A stretch of 55,654 bases of DNA from contig LVLI01000414.1 of assembly GCA_001687465.1 (NCBI GenBank), positions 1 to 55,654 of the forward strand, given 5' to 3'. This stretch comes from Halocafeteria seosinensis (lineage: Eukaryota). Of the stretch, positions 1 through 10,415 are shown piece after piece; within the stretch, counting starts at the first letter, position 1, and each line of letters begins with the position of its first letter. Under the pieces are notes generated by a model, which saw only the letters and a program-made list of their open reading frames with translations, made no database searches and had not been told where the DNA came from. A program made the position numbers and the translations under genes.

Positions 1-293
1 CTCGCGGAATGACCACATCTGCGGCGGCATCACTTGCCTCCTCGTTCCGTGGACTCTACCAGAAGCTTGGCCGGATCCTTCGAAGACGCCGGCGTGACTT
101 GGACAAAGAGTTCCAGATCTCCACATCATTGCTTCGGGTGTTGAAACATCTGCAGGAATGGCGTGCGAGCGACAACAAGACTCCATTTTGTGCCTACACC
201 GACACACAAAAAGAACAGGTCCTTCAACGCCTTAGAACAAATCGGAAGCGGCTTGCACAGAATCAAGCAACGATCACCGTGCGTCCCCTGTAG
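1..293 (+). other. 3' end of an ORF running in from outside the window (unknown protein, possibly mobile-element derived)
   Basis: Frame is open from the window edge to TAG at 291-293, followed by a T-rich tract (~415-510). No recognisable domain. Confidence 0.3.
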
Positions 294-601
294 GGACCGA
301 TCAACAGTGCTAATTTCTAGTATTGATCCCAAGCCAATTGAGGCCTGGTGACATCTCAGGAAGGAAAACCTGCCTTGATGGAAAACCCGCTCAACCATAA
401 GGGTGTGACAAAAATTTGGTTTTTTCTTTTCTTTTTTTTGACTCTAGTTTCTACTGGGTTTATTTTGTTGTTACATTATTTTCTCTTCTACGATTTCCTT
501 TTATGTTCTCCAATTCTTCGTAGCGTTACCCATGCGAGCAGTTGTCTTTACTCACCACGTACTGTTTAGACCCCTCGCATGCACGCATCTTTAATCCTCT
601 T

Positions 602-723
602 TACCGCCATAACGGTACTGAGGTCTGACCTGTAGCAGCTGCGGCTGACTACTGGCAGGTACCAAGTAACAAGAATAAACCCTAACCGATAAATCATTTG
701 GTACCATCGTCAGGTCAGACAGT
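602..723 (+). other. Structured non-coding element (nested inverted repeats) enclosing AAACCCTAACC
   Basis: Outer stem GTCTGACCTG (623-632)/CAGGTCAGAC (711-720). Inner stem GGTACCAA (658-665)/TTGGTACC (698-705). Side hairpin TAGCAGC-TGCG-GCTGACTA. Upstream hairpin TACCG-CCATAA-CGGTA. Confidence 0.5.
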
Positions 724-1775
724 CATCCCAACGAAGATACTACCAGGTAGGCTCTTTCAAGGTATGCCCGGCGGACGGCTCCACACTGAAGTTCACATCA
801 AGTTCCCCTCATTAATGCCCCTTTTTCATCACATCCTTTTTCATAGTTCTGGCAGTCTCTCAGATGAACTGGATCCGCATTCGATATAGAGTATGTGTAC
901 GGAGTTTCGTTCCATAAGATTCAGTATAACAAAAATGACAGGCATTCTTGAGCGACCTAGAGAAGGCTAAGCTCGAGCCGGAAAAAACGGGATCCAATTC
1001 GCCCATTATTGTGTACAATTTTGGCCGCCTTTCTACTGTAAAAACACAATTCTTATGCATAAAAGTATAATACTCTCTACTGTTACATTATTATCAATAA
1101 AAATAGAATGTAGGGTACTAAAATGCATTTGGGATGCGATTCGTCCGGTAGTTGTTCTCTACACACACACAAATGTTCTCTTACCGGAGTGGTGAGTCTA
1201 CCCTCTTCAGGAAAAATTTGGGATTGCTTGCAATACCATACTTCAGGGATGTTTCGAAACTATCTAGATTGTACAGTATTGTGTGTTACTGGCTGCTGTT
1301 TCTCTGCTGCAAAATTGACCGCCGCGAAGATTGAGCTTTTCTGGTCTTTGAAGATGCAGTGTTTCTGATCTTAATTTCTGTTACCCAGCGTACACTGATT
1401 CGGTGGTTGCATACTTGTAGGTGTACCAATGAATGAACTGAGTGACCAATGGCCATGACGATGGCCACATGCCTTTGCTTGTCTTCAGCGACACATTCCA
1501 CTGAATGCACCGTAGATACTTTTAACACCTTGCAACTTGTGCAGTAGGTTCTTTGCGGTGGGAGCAATGCTGATGGTGTTAAGAGGTAACTCGTATGGTC
1601 CGGACTCCGTACCGTCCCGGACTCGTCCGGGCCTGCAGCCCGGTGTGAATGTGAGGCGCGCCCAGACTGGTTAACGGCTGCCAGAGGTGTATGCTGTATA
1701 GGGAATAGTATCCGTGATATTCCAGTATTATACGGAAAAATTGGTTGCGACGAGTGTGTATGAGAGAGTGCAAAG

Positions 1776-4700
1776 ATGGCTGACTACAACGAGCTGGGTG
1801 AATCACAGCTCTTCGCCTCAGCCATTTTCAACGGGGAGAATGACTCCAGGGAGCAACAGGAATCATGCTCCTTAGAGATCTCCCCCGTGTCGAGAGACTC
1901 TCAAGTGGTGCTGCAGTCAGTGGACCCGAATACTGCTCATTGTCGACAGAGTGCAAGAAAAGGCTATGCGCCTGCGACACCAACGACGTCGAAAATGGTC
2001 GTACAATATAGAGCGGCCCTTCAGAAAGTGATAGGAGACGATGCAAAGCAACCTGAAAACACTGACGATTATATCAAGGAGCAGGATCAACTTATGGAGG
2101 AAGAGGAAGAGGAAGAACAAGAGCAGAACTGTATACACGCCCTGTTAGGAGACGAACAGTCTACGGGTCCAGATAATGACGCGGAAGAAGATAGAGGATC
2201 AGAGTATTCGGACACTTTTGTCACCGGGGAAACAGCAAAAAAGATGCTAGAGAAGGACCTGGAACGAGTCGAAGATGATTTTCGCTTTCAGATTAATCAA
2301 AAGGAGTTGGAAAGACAGGATACGGAGCAGGATAGCTTTGATGGCTCTCCCCAATCGGGACAAACACCGTACTTTTTATCCAGGTCTGGTCCTATTCAAA
2401 ATGTCACCTTTTCGACTCCAATGAATAAACGGGCCATTATGGAAGCCTTGTGCGCTTCTATGGAGCAGTCGCAGTCTGATTCACCATCGAGTGAAGTGCC
2501 TCCAAGCGAAACAGCCACAGAGTCGTCAACATCTCCGTTCCTGTCGGGCACTACCACTGTGTCTTTACAGCCATCGCAGCAGTCGTCAACATCTCCATAC
2601 CTGTCGGGTACTACCACTGTGTCTTTACAGTCATCGCAGCAGTCGTCAACATCTCCATACCTGTCGGGCACTACCACTGTGTGTTTACAGCCATCGCAGC
2701 AGTCGTCAACATCTCCATACCTGTCGGGCACCACCTCTGTGTGTTTACAGCCATCGCAGCAGTCACAACCTGCCAACCTGGACGATGGGCCCTCTTCATC
2801 AGATACACAATCGATACCGAAACCTTCGTGTGTCACAAGGACACCAAAACCAGATGCATGGAAAGGAAGAGTTAGGAAAATGCCTAAAGCCAGCCCGCAG
2901 GTCCCAACCATGACTGGCCCATCGGTCCCAGTATCTTCAGGCACCACAACTACAGGCAGTTTGTACAGTATGAAACTCTCTCCATCCGTTAGCCGTTCCC
3001 AACAGGACAACTTGAGTGCCCCAGGACCAAATGAATGTCTCCAGTCACCGCAGCAGCCACAACCTACCAAACTTAACGATGGACCCTCACCACATGGATG
3101 TTCACGACAGATACCTTCGCTCCAACTGCAACCTACCAAGCTCAACGATAAACCTTCGTCACGGAAAATATACCCTGATGTGGCTAAAGGTTGTTCTGAT
3201 GTAACAGTTGACCCACCGCAGCAGCCACAGCCTACCAGACTCAACGATGGACCTTCACCACATGGATGTTCACGACAGATACCTTCGCTGCAACCGCAAC
3301 CTACCGAACTTAACGATGGCGCACCACATGCATGTTCACGGCAGATACCTTCGCTGCAACCGCAGCCTACCAACCTCAACGATAAACCTTCATCGCGAAC
3401 AGTATACCTTGATGCGGCTAAAGGTTTTTCTGATGTAAAAGCTAAGCCACCGCAGCAGCCACAGCCTATCAGACTCAACGATGGATTCTCGTCACATGGA
3501 TGTTCACGGCAGATACCTTCGCTGCAACCGCAACCTACTGACCTCAACGATAAACCTTCATCGCGGGCAATATACCTTGATGTAGCTAAAGGATTTTCTG
3601 ATGTAACAGTTAACATGCACAGAGCGTCCAGTCCAGAAAGAACAGATATCCCATTCCGGGCTAGTATCGGAGGTGGAGCCCCAATAAAGGTGAGAGTTGA
3701 TTGTATCGTTGCTCCCCAGGCCCCAAAGAAACAAAATCCCGCCAAAAAGACTAGCAACATTTACGAAGACATGGTGTGGGCGGATCTACAGTACGACGTG
3801 AGCAATTGTGTTTGGACGTCTGTGAATGAGCGTGTTTTCACTGTTTCTCCGCAAAAAAGCAGCGGTTTTACCGTATATGTGGATTGCGTGGCCGATGTCA
3901 AATTTCTGGAAACGCTGAGACAGTTCTTGGAGCAATCCGACGTCGTAAAGTCCGCTTACAGAATACCACTTAACATGGCGGTGGCGGTGACCGATTTGAG
4001 TGATTTAAGCAATAGGCAAGTGTTTGCCTTGCCATTTTGTGCGAAAGTTGATATCGCGAACGTATGCGAGCATTCATACATGGAGGAGTCTACCATCAGT
4101 CTGATGGAAGACAGGTTACTCGAGGTATCGAGTGAAGATGAAAGTGAGACCTCTCTAAGCGGGCGCTCATACGAAACGCAGGAAACTGACACGGGCACCC
4201 TCGCGACTAACAAGCAAAAGGAACCAAGGGCGTGCGACTCACTCGGTGTATACGACCGGTGTTTTCCTTCAGGAGGAAACCAAGAAGCGTACCCTTCCAA
4301 GAAGAGTCCGTCCCCAAGTGACTTCAATCCAGTATCTAAGTTCTGGGGAAACTCGATTGACGTGAGCAAGGTAACGGTGGCTAAGGAACGTAGTAATTCG
4401 CTCAATTACCGCACGAACAACGCTCAGGAGATCAAGTATGGGACGGAAAAGGAAGAGAATTCAATGGAGAACTACACTTTGACAACGGAAAGGTGTGTAG
4501 CGGAATCAGTCTGTCCTCGGGAAAATGTGGAAACTAAGCCTAGGTACGGGGACACCTGCTATGGCAAGCGATCCATCTGCAGTGCAGACGATGGGGGACA
4601 CCAAGAAGCGTACCCTTTGAACGACGGTCCACGCGCAAGTGACTTCAATTCGGTATCCAAGTTCTGGGAAAACTCGATTGATGTGAGCGAGGTAACGGTG

Positions 4701-6156
4701 GCTAAAGAACGTAGTAATTCGCTCATTAACAGCACGGAAAACGTTCAGGAGATCAAGTATGGGACGGCAAAGCAAGAGAATTCAATGGAGAACTACACTT
4801 TGACGACGGAAAGATGTGTAGCGGAATCAGTCTGTCCGGAAAATGTGGAAACTAAGCCTAGGTGGAGAGACACCTTCTATGGCAAGCAACCCATCTTCAG
4901 TGCAGACGACGGAGGGAACCAAGAGGCGTACCCTTTGAACAACGGTCCGCCCACAGGCGACTTTAATTCGGTATCCAAGTTCTGGGGAAACTCGATTGAC
5001 GAGAGCGAGGTAACGGTGGCTAAGGAATGTAGTAATTATTCGCTCATTAGCAGCACGAACAGCGCTCAGGAGATCAAGTATGGGACGGCAAAGCAAGAGA
5101 ATTCAATGGAGAACTATACTTTGACGACGGAAAGATGTGTAGCGGAATCAGTCTGTCCTCAGGAAAATGTGGAAACTAAGCCTAGGTACGGAGACATCTT
5201 CTGCTATGGCAAGCGACCCATGTCTTCAAAGAATTTTGTGAACTTTGCAGCGTGAACGAAGATGTCACAGAAAGCCTTGGTCAAAAACGTGGACCACAAA
5301 GCAATAATGGAGGAAAGAATCGAAAGCAGGAAGACAGAAATTGTTGGGTTTCGGTACCAAGTGTAGACGTACCGAGAGTACAGAGCCGTCCTCAGGAAAC
5401 GGTATCTACGAAGTCCAGGTAAGCTGTCATGATGTTCATGGCAAGCTGTTGGGACGGACCCTCACAGTGTCGTGCAGAACAAAAGAGCGCCAAGGTGCAC
5501 AGCGACGTAAGCAGCAAAAGGCGGGGGCCAGGAAGCAAGGTCGGAAGACGAAGGAAAATAAGTGAGTAGACCAAATTATCCTAGGACAAGTGGGTTGTCA
5601 AAACCAATGTTTCTGTTTTCCATGCAGAAGCCAATCTTCGAACAGTACGGCCCACCGTGGCCAGGCTCAACCAAAAACGGCGAAGCAGCCGGACGCTACT
5701 GATACGACTGAAACAAAACCAAAGATCGAACACAAGCAGGGAATGTACTTCTGCCGGCGTCATATTCTGTTCCCGGCGACAACTAGCGGAAAGGTCTCGA
5801 AAGTAAAAATCCAGCTCTGCAATAGTTCAAGTATCCCAGTAACAGCTGTTGTCAAGCTGTCCAGTTTACAAAGTGAAGGCATGGAGTGGACTCCAGGAAA
5901 ACATTTCAAACAGAATGGCAACAATCCTTTCTACATAAAGGAGGATCATCGGACAATATCGCTGCTGCCAAAGAAGTTTTGCATGCTCCCTGTCTACTTC
6001 GCCCCCGGACGCGGATACCAATCAAGTAGAAATCCCAAATCCTTGCTCTCCGTGCAGGGAACTCCTGATTACTCGAGATTGGGTAGTCCAGCAGAAGCAA
6101 AAGGTGTTAAATTAGACTGTGAAGCCGTACTTGTCGGTGAAACTGTTGGCAACTAA
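1776..6156 (+). CDS. Large low-complexity, repeat-rich protein with C-terminal ASH/SPD-2-type domain (CEP192-like)
   Basis: ORF 1776-5185 joins ORF 5590-6156 in frame via GT-AG introns 5186-5250, 5419-5477 and 5562-5627. The C-terminus (FPATTSGKVSKVKIQLCN...NPFYIKEDHRTISLLPKKFCMLPVYFAP...LVGETVGN) resembles the last domain of CEP192 (…EPFYVKHSKYSLRAQHYINMPVQFKP…LIGEALGKN, recalled). Confidence 0.7.
2521..2760 (+). repeat. Coding tandem repeat, 4 x 60 bp (SSTSPYLSGTTTVSLQPSQQ)
   Basis: Units begin agtcgtcaacatctcc at 2521, 2581, 2641 and 2701. Confidence 0.95.
3045..3610 (+). repeat. Coding compound tandem repeat (QPTxLNDG..HGCSRQIPSLQ / NDKPSSR..Y.DVAKG)
   Basis: Interleaved ~60-180 bp units are visible in both DNA and protein. 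Confidence 0.9.
4272..5226 (+). repeat. Coding tandem repeat, 3 x ~320 bp (~106 aa; GGNQEAYP...SKFWGNSID...TLTTERCVAESVCP..NVETKPR)
   Basis: Three near-identical units. The third runs into intron 5186-5250. Confidence 0.9.
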
Positions 6157-7314
6157 AGCGCATCCGCTGGTCTTTGGAGCCACCTTCTGATGATAGTCAT
6201 AGCCCGACGCGAATAAGCCTTGGATAATACATTACAGACACAAATTATCAATATCGTGTGACCGGCATGACAACATACTGTGCCTCAGTCCATAATATAC
6301 AGCCCCATGGTCCAGTTAACGACATTGTACTACTATCCAGTCTTGAAGACGAATGCCATAACGTGAAGATGCTGGGAGCGGTTCCGGGTAGGGTTCACCC
6401 CGCGTACGGCGTAGCGTAGCCTGTAGCTTACACGTCTTCCGGTAGCAATGCCCATAACTTAAGAGGCTTCCTGGCGGATCCCTGTGTGTGTAACCGCCCA
6501 ATCCACATGAATCTAATCTACCCGAGAATGCATTTATCCTAACATACACTTTCTTGAAGTTCCGCCGTGCGTCATCCATGCAACCATAATGCGTATCCTT
6601 GAGATTTCCCCAGTTTTACTCGTGTGGGTTTCGTGTGTTTCGGTTTTTGATGGATGAATCATCATCATGCTCGTGGATGTTCTCTATGGCGACAGCGACG
6701 TACAATGACATGATTGCTGATGGCGACACGAATTCAACCTTGAAATGAGGAGTCATTGAGGACAACAGTGTATTCTGCTTATGTGTAATATTCGCTACCA
6801 ATCTTGAAGCGAAGGCGACGCCAGTGTCACCCCGCACTTTGCGATCTTAGATTCGTGTACGGTCAGGTAACGAAATGATTGTTTGCTCTGAGTACAAGGA
6901 ATGATTGTGTGCTTCGGTTTGAGAAAATCGAAGCATTGTTCATTCGTTCAAGCATATGAGTGGTACAGTGCAAGAGTACACCTCTTTTGAACCAGGATTC
7001 GAATGCGACTGAGATAAACTTTCCAAAAGAAAAGCTTGTGGGAGGAAAACATGGCGGCACGAATGCTCGTACGGTTGATGAGCCTGCACAGTTTGTTTCA
7101 AAACAATCTTGCGGTACCCATCCATATCTTTTGTTTTTCCTTGCAGGCGAACCCTCCATCCTCGGCGAACCGGGATATTCAAGCTCTCCGATCCGCTTTG
7201 GGGTTGACTTCTACCTCATATTGTATGTGCATAGCATATAGAAATTCTGATGTTTCCTTAATTTCTTGAAGATTGAGGTTTTCCGGGGTGTCGCCCGGGT
7301 AACCTCAACCTTCA

Positions 7315-8763
7315 ATGAAAGAAGGAACCATTGCGGAACGTAATTTAAGAAAGTGCGTACCGAAACTCGTCGAATTCTTCTTCATTTTTGCTTGCAGATC
7401 CGGCAACTACACCTGAGAACGCGGAAAGTGGTACTCAGGAGACGGTTTCGCGCATGCAATCGGAAGCGCAACAATCAGGGCAACCGGGTCTTCAGGCCCG
7501 ACAGTGGCTAGTCGAGAACGATGTGGTACCGCGATTCCAGAAGGCGTTATCGGAAAAATCAAAGTTTTTGCGGATGTATGAGGCAGTTAAACAAGCGTCG
7601 AATGAAGAGACCACCACACGACGAGGTTCCGGAACAGTAGCTCGAGAGGTATGTAACGACAGAATTCTAATGCTCTTTACTCCGGTTGAGGGAACGAATT
7701 TATTCTCGATTTCCAGCAACCAAAGAAAACTCCGAAACGTCAAGCTGAGGGCGAAACAAGCGGCAAGCAACCTTCGACGAAAATCCCGCGCAAGAACGGC
7801 GACTCAAATAGCATTCAGTCTTCAGAATCAGATGTTTGGGAAGTCGAACGCTTCGTGGACTATGATCCGAAGAAAAAACTAATTCTTGTGAAGTGGAAAA
7901 ACTGGCCTCATAACCGAAATACTTGGGAGCCAAAGAAAACGCTCGAAGAAGACTTAGATGATCTATTCACAGAATTATGGAACGAGATGCAGGAAGAACA
8001 GGGAACTAAAGTTGTGGAGAAAAATAGCCCCGACTTGTCCGCTAAAGACTCAAGGGATTCGGAAACCATAAACTCCGCAGGTTCGCGATCATCAGCTCGA
8101 AAGAAATCCACACAGGAGTCGCCGAAGAAGCAAGGCACAAGCAGCGCTACCAAACCGAAAGACAAGCCCACCCCCTCAATGCCAGCTGCGAAAGCTAAGG
8201 AGGACACACAAGAGGAATCTGGATCTCAAGTTGAAACCGGAGGCTCCAATGATGAGGAAGAAGATGCCTGGGAAGTCGAGCGGTTTGTGCATTACAATGA
8301 AAAGTCGGGGAAGATTCAGGTTAAATGGAAGGATTGGGGGCAGAAATGGAATACATGGGAACCAAAGAAGACGTTGAAGGAAGACTTGGGTGAGGTCTTC
8401 GATGCTCTTTGGGAAGAGATGAAATCGAAGGGCAAGAAGAAGAGTACGACAACGACTCCCAATAAACAAAAGAGTACCCCAGTGAGTAAGGCATCTACTC
8501 CGAAGCAGCAGAAAACGACTCCCACTAAACAAAAGAGCAACCCAGTTAGTAAGGCATCTACCCCGCAGCAGAAGAAAAACGAACCCCCGACTTGGGAAGT
8601 GGAAAGATTTGTTGCATTTGATTCGAAGGGCCAAAAGATACTTGTTAAATGGAAAGACTGCCCTCCAAGAAAGAATACATGGGAGCCCGTGGAGGCTCTT
8701 AAAACCGATCTAGGGGACTTATATGATGAGTTATGGGGTGACCTCGTTCAAACACTTTCCTAA
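7315..8763 (+). CDS. Protein with three chromodomains
   Basis: Three WEVERF...VKWK.(W/C)...NTWEP motifs. Introns 7340-7397 and 7649-7716 restore the frame. The start is uncertain (ATG 7315, or 7051 with other introns). Confidence 0.85.
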
Positions 8764-9559
8764 ACACTGAGAGAACCAGGGCATTTGCACTGTCCGAACT
8801 ATATGACCATACGAAGTCTTTGTATTGACGCTCACGTTTCAAAGCGTCGCCGGATACATCTCAGTTTAAATCTGGCAGTAGGAGCTGTGCTTTCCGTCAA
8901 TGCATGTATATCTGCCGTTGCACAACGAGAGCGAACACACCATAGCTTGGATGAATTCACTACTTTAGAACGACTTTCTTAGCTGAAAACCCTTCGCATT
9001 CGTGCATTTGTTCTTAGGGTGCCCCACCGTACACAAGCGCTATGTCTCTTGCCTGGCCCCTTACATTCTGTCTTCAGAAATATAGAAGACAGAAGTTCTT
9101 AGCACCATATTTGTCTTCCATTTCCGACGTTTTCGAAATTCTATCGAGGGCGCATGTCGCCGCATGGATGCTCGAAGGATTTCTGGTCCTGGTCCACATG
9201 CTGAACCTGCGGTTCTATTCGATGTGAATAGGGCGAATACACCTCATATCTCCGAAAAACGAAAATGCTGCGTTTGGTTTAGACATTGCTTTCGCAAAAA
9301 GGTCATGGATGATTCCAGTCCCAGTCCCACCATCAATTGGCATTGGGGAGTCAGTAAAAGCGTGTCGCCGTATTTTAAGGGACGCTAGTGGATTCTTGTA
9401 CCATATTTTCTGGCTAGGAAAGAGATTCATCCCCTTTTGAGAGTTTGTTTCTATTTTTTGAGCACCGCTCATTCGTGCCTGCTCGGCTGGCAGTTGAACT
9501 CAGCTGGTCACCTTGAGGCATTCCCGTATCCCGGTTGTCTTAACGCCGCCTCTCTTCAG

Positions 9560-9560
<1 letters not shown>

Positions 9561-9614
<54 letters not shown>
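9561..9614. repeat. Compound microsatellite (CA)16(GA)11
   Basis: Read directly from the sequence. Confidence 0.97.
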
Positions 9615-9615
<1 letters not shown>

Positions 9616-9838
9616 GTCTGTATGGAGCTCAACTCAAAGAAATGAATACAACGTACTACGTTCCAATTCATGATATAGTTTGCGTTAATTGTTAACTTGT
9701 CAAGTTGTCACTTTGACCTTCCTATCTACAGTAGATTCTGGAACTGAGTCAAGTGTGCGGATGGTAATTGTATTGACCCTATGGTAGTACCAACAAAATT
9801 AGACACTTTTACATGCAAGCACATCGGATACAGTAAAA

Positions 9839-10363
9839 ATGTCGTCGTCAGATCCTGTGGTGCAGCAAAATAAGCGCACTTTATACGTCGGTACGTCAGC
9901 CTCAAGAGGGTCTCTTGCCCTCTTTTTCCAATGCTTTATTTACTACATTCACGCAGGTGGTTTATCGGAAGAAGTGACCGAGGACATTCTCAATGCAGCC
10001 TTTATCCCTTTTGGCGATATAGCGCAGGTGAATATGCCCTTAGACCCCAACAAAGAGGACACGGAGCAGCACCGAGGCTTCGCATTTGTCGAGTTTGAAG
10101 ATGAAAACGATGCCGAGGAGGCCATAGATAACATGGATATGAGCGAATTATGCGGTCGGGTGATTCGCGTCAACCATGCCCGTCCAATGAAGGCTGGACA
10201 GACGGCGCCGTCCAAAGCTGTATGGGAAGATGCTGATGCATGGTACAAGACGGCTCTGAGAGAAGAGGGGATTTCAGCTGAGAAAGAGGCACAAGAATCA
10301 GCAAAGGATTCAAGCGCGCAATACGACTCGTTACAACCAGCAAAGGAGAAGAATATTCAGTAG
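9839..10363 (+). CDS. RRM protein, cyclophilin E (PPIE/Cyp33) RRM-like, lacking the PPIase domain
   Basis: KRTLYVGGLSEEV...AAFIPFGDI..VNMPLD...HRGFAFVEFE...AIDNM..SELCGRVIRVNHARP. In-frame intron 9891-9956. Confidence 0.88.
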   Translation: MSSSDPVVQQNKRTLYVGTSASRGSLALFFQCFIYYIHAGGLSEEVTEDILNAAFIPFGDIAQVNMPLDPNKEDTEQHRGFAFVEFEDENDAEEAIDNMDMSELCGRVIRVNHARPMKAGQTAPSKAVWEDADAWYKTALREEGISAEKEAQESAKDSSAQYDSLQPAKEKNIQ

Positions 10364-10415
10364 GAAAAGAACGCTGTGTGTGATTTATAGTATATTTTGC
10401 TCAGAGGCGGTCACC

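Noticed and set aside
345..408. Hammerhead-like arrangement CTGGTGA-CATC...GATG-GAAA-ACCC...GGGT
   Set aside because: The core is CUGGUGA rather than CUGANGA, there is no proper NUH cleavage triplet after stem III, and no stem I is evident.
2396..3760. 454-aa minus-strand ORF with Cys/Gly repeats
   Set aside because: It is the antisense shadow of the repetitive + strand coding region.
5253..5255. Apparent stop or frameshift ending the 1159-aa ORF
   Set aside because: Splicing out canonical intron 5186-5250 shifts the frame, so this TGA is not read and the gene continues to 6156.
6316..6837. Two minus-strand ORFs in the same frame separated by one TAA (possible readthrough or code variant)
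   Set aside because: No recognisable domain, and conserved genes here end in TAA, TAG or TGA normally, so there is no support for reassignment.
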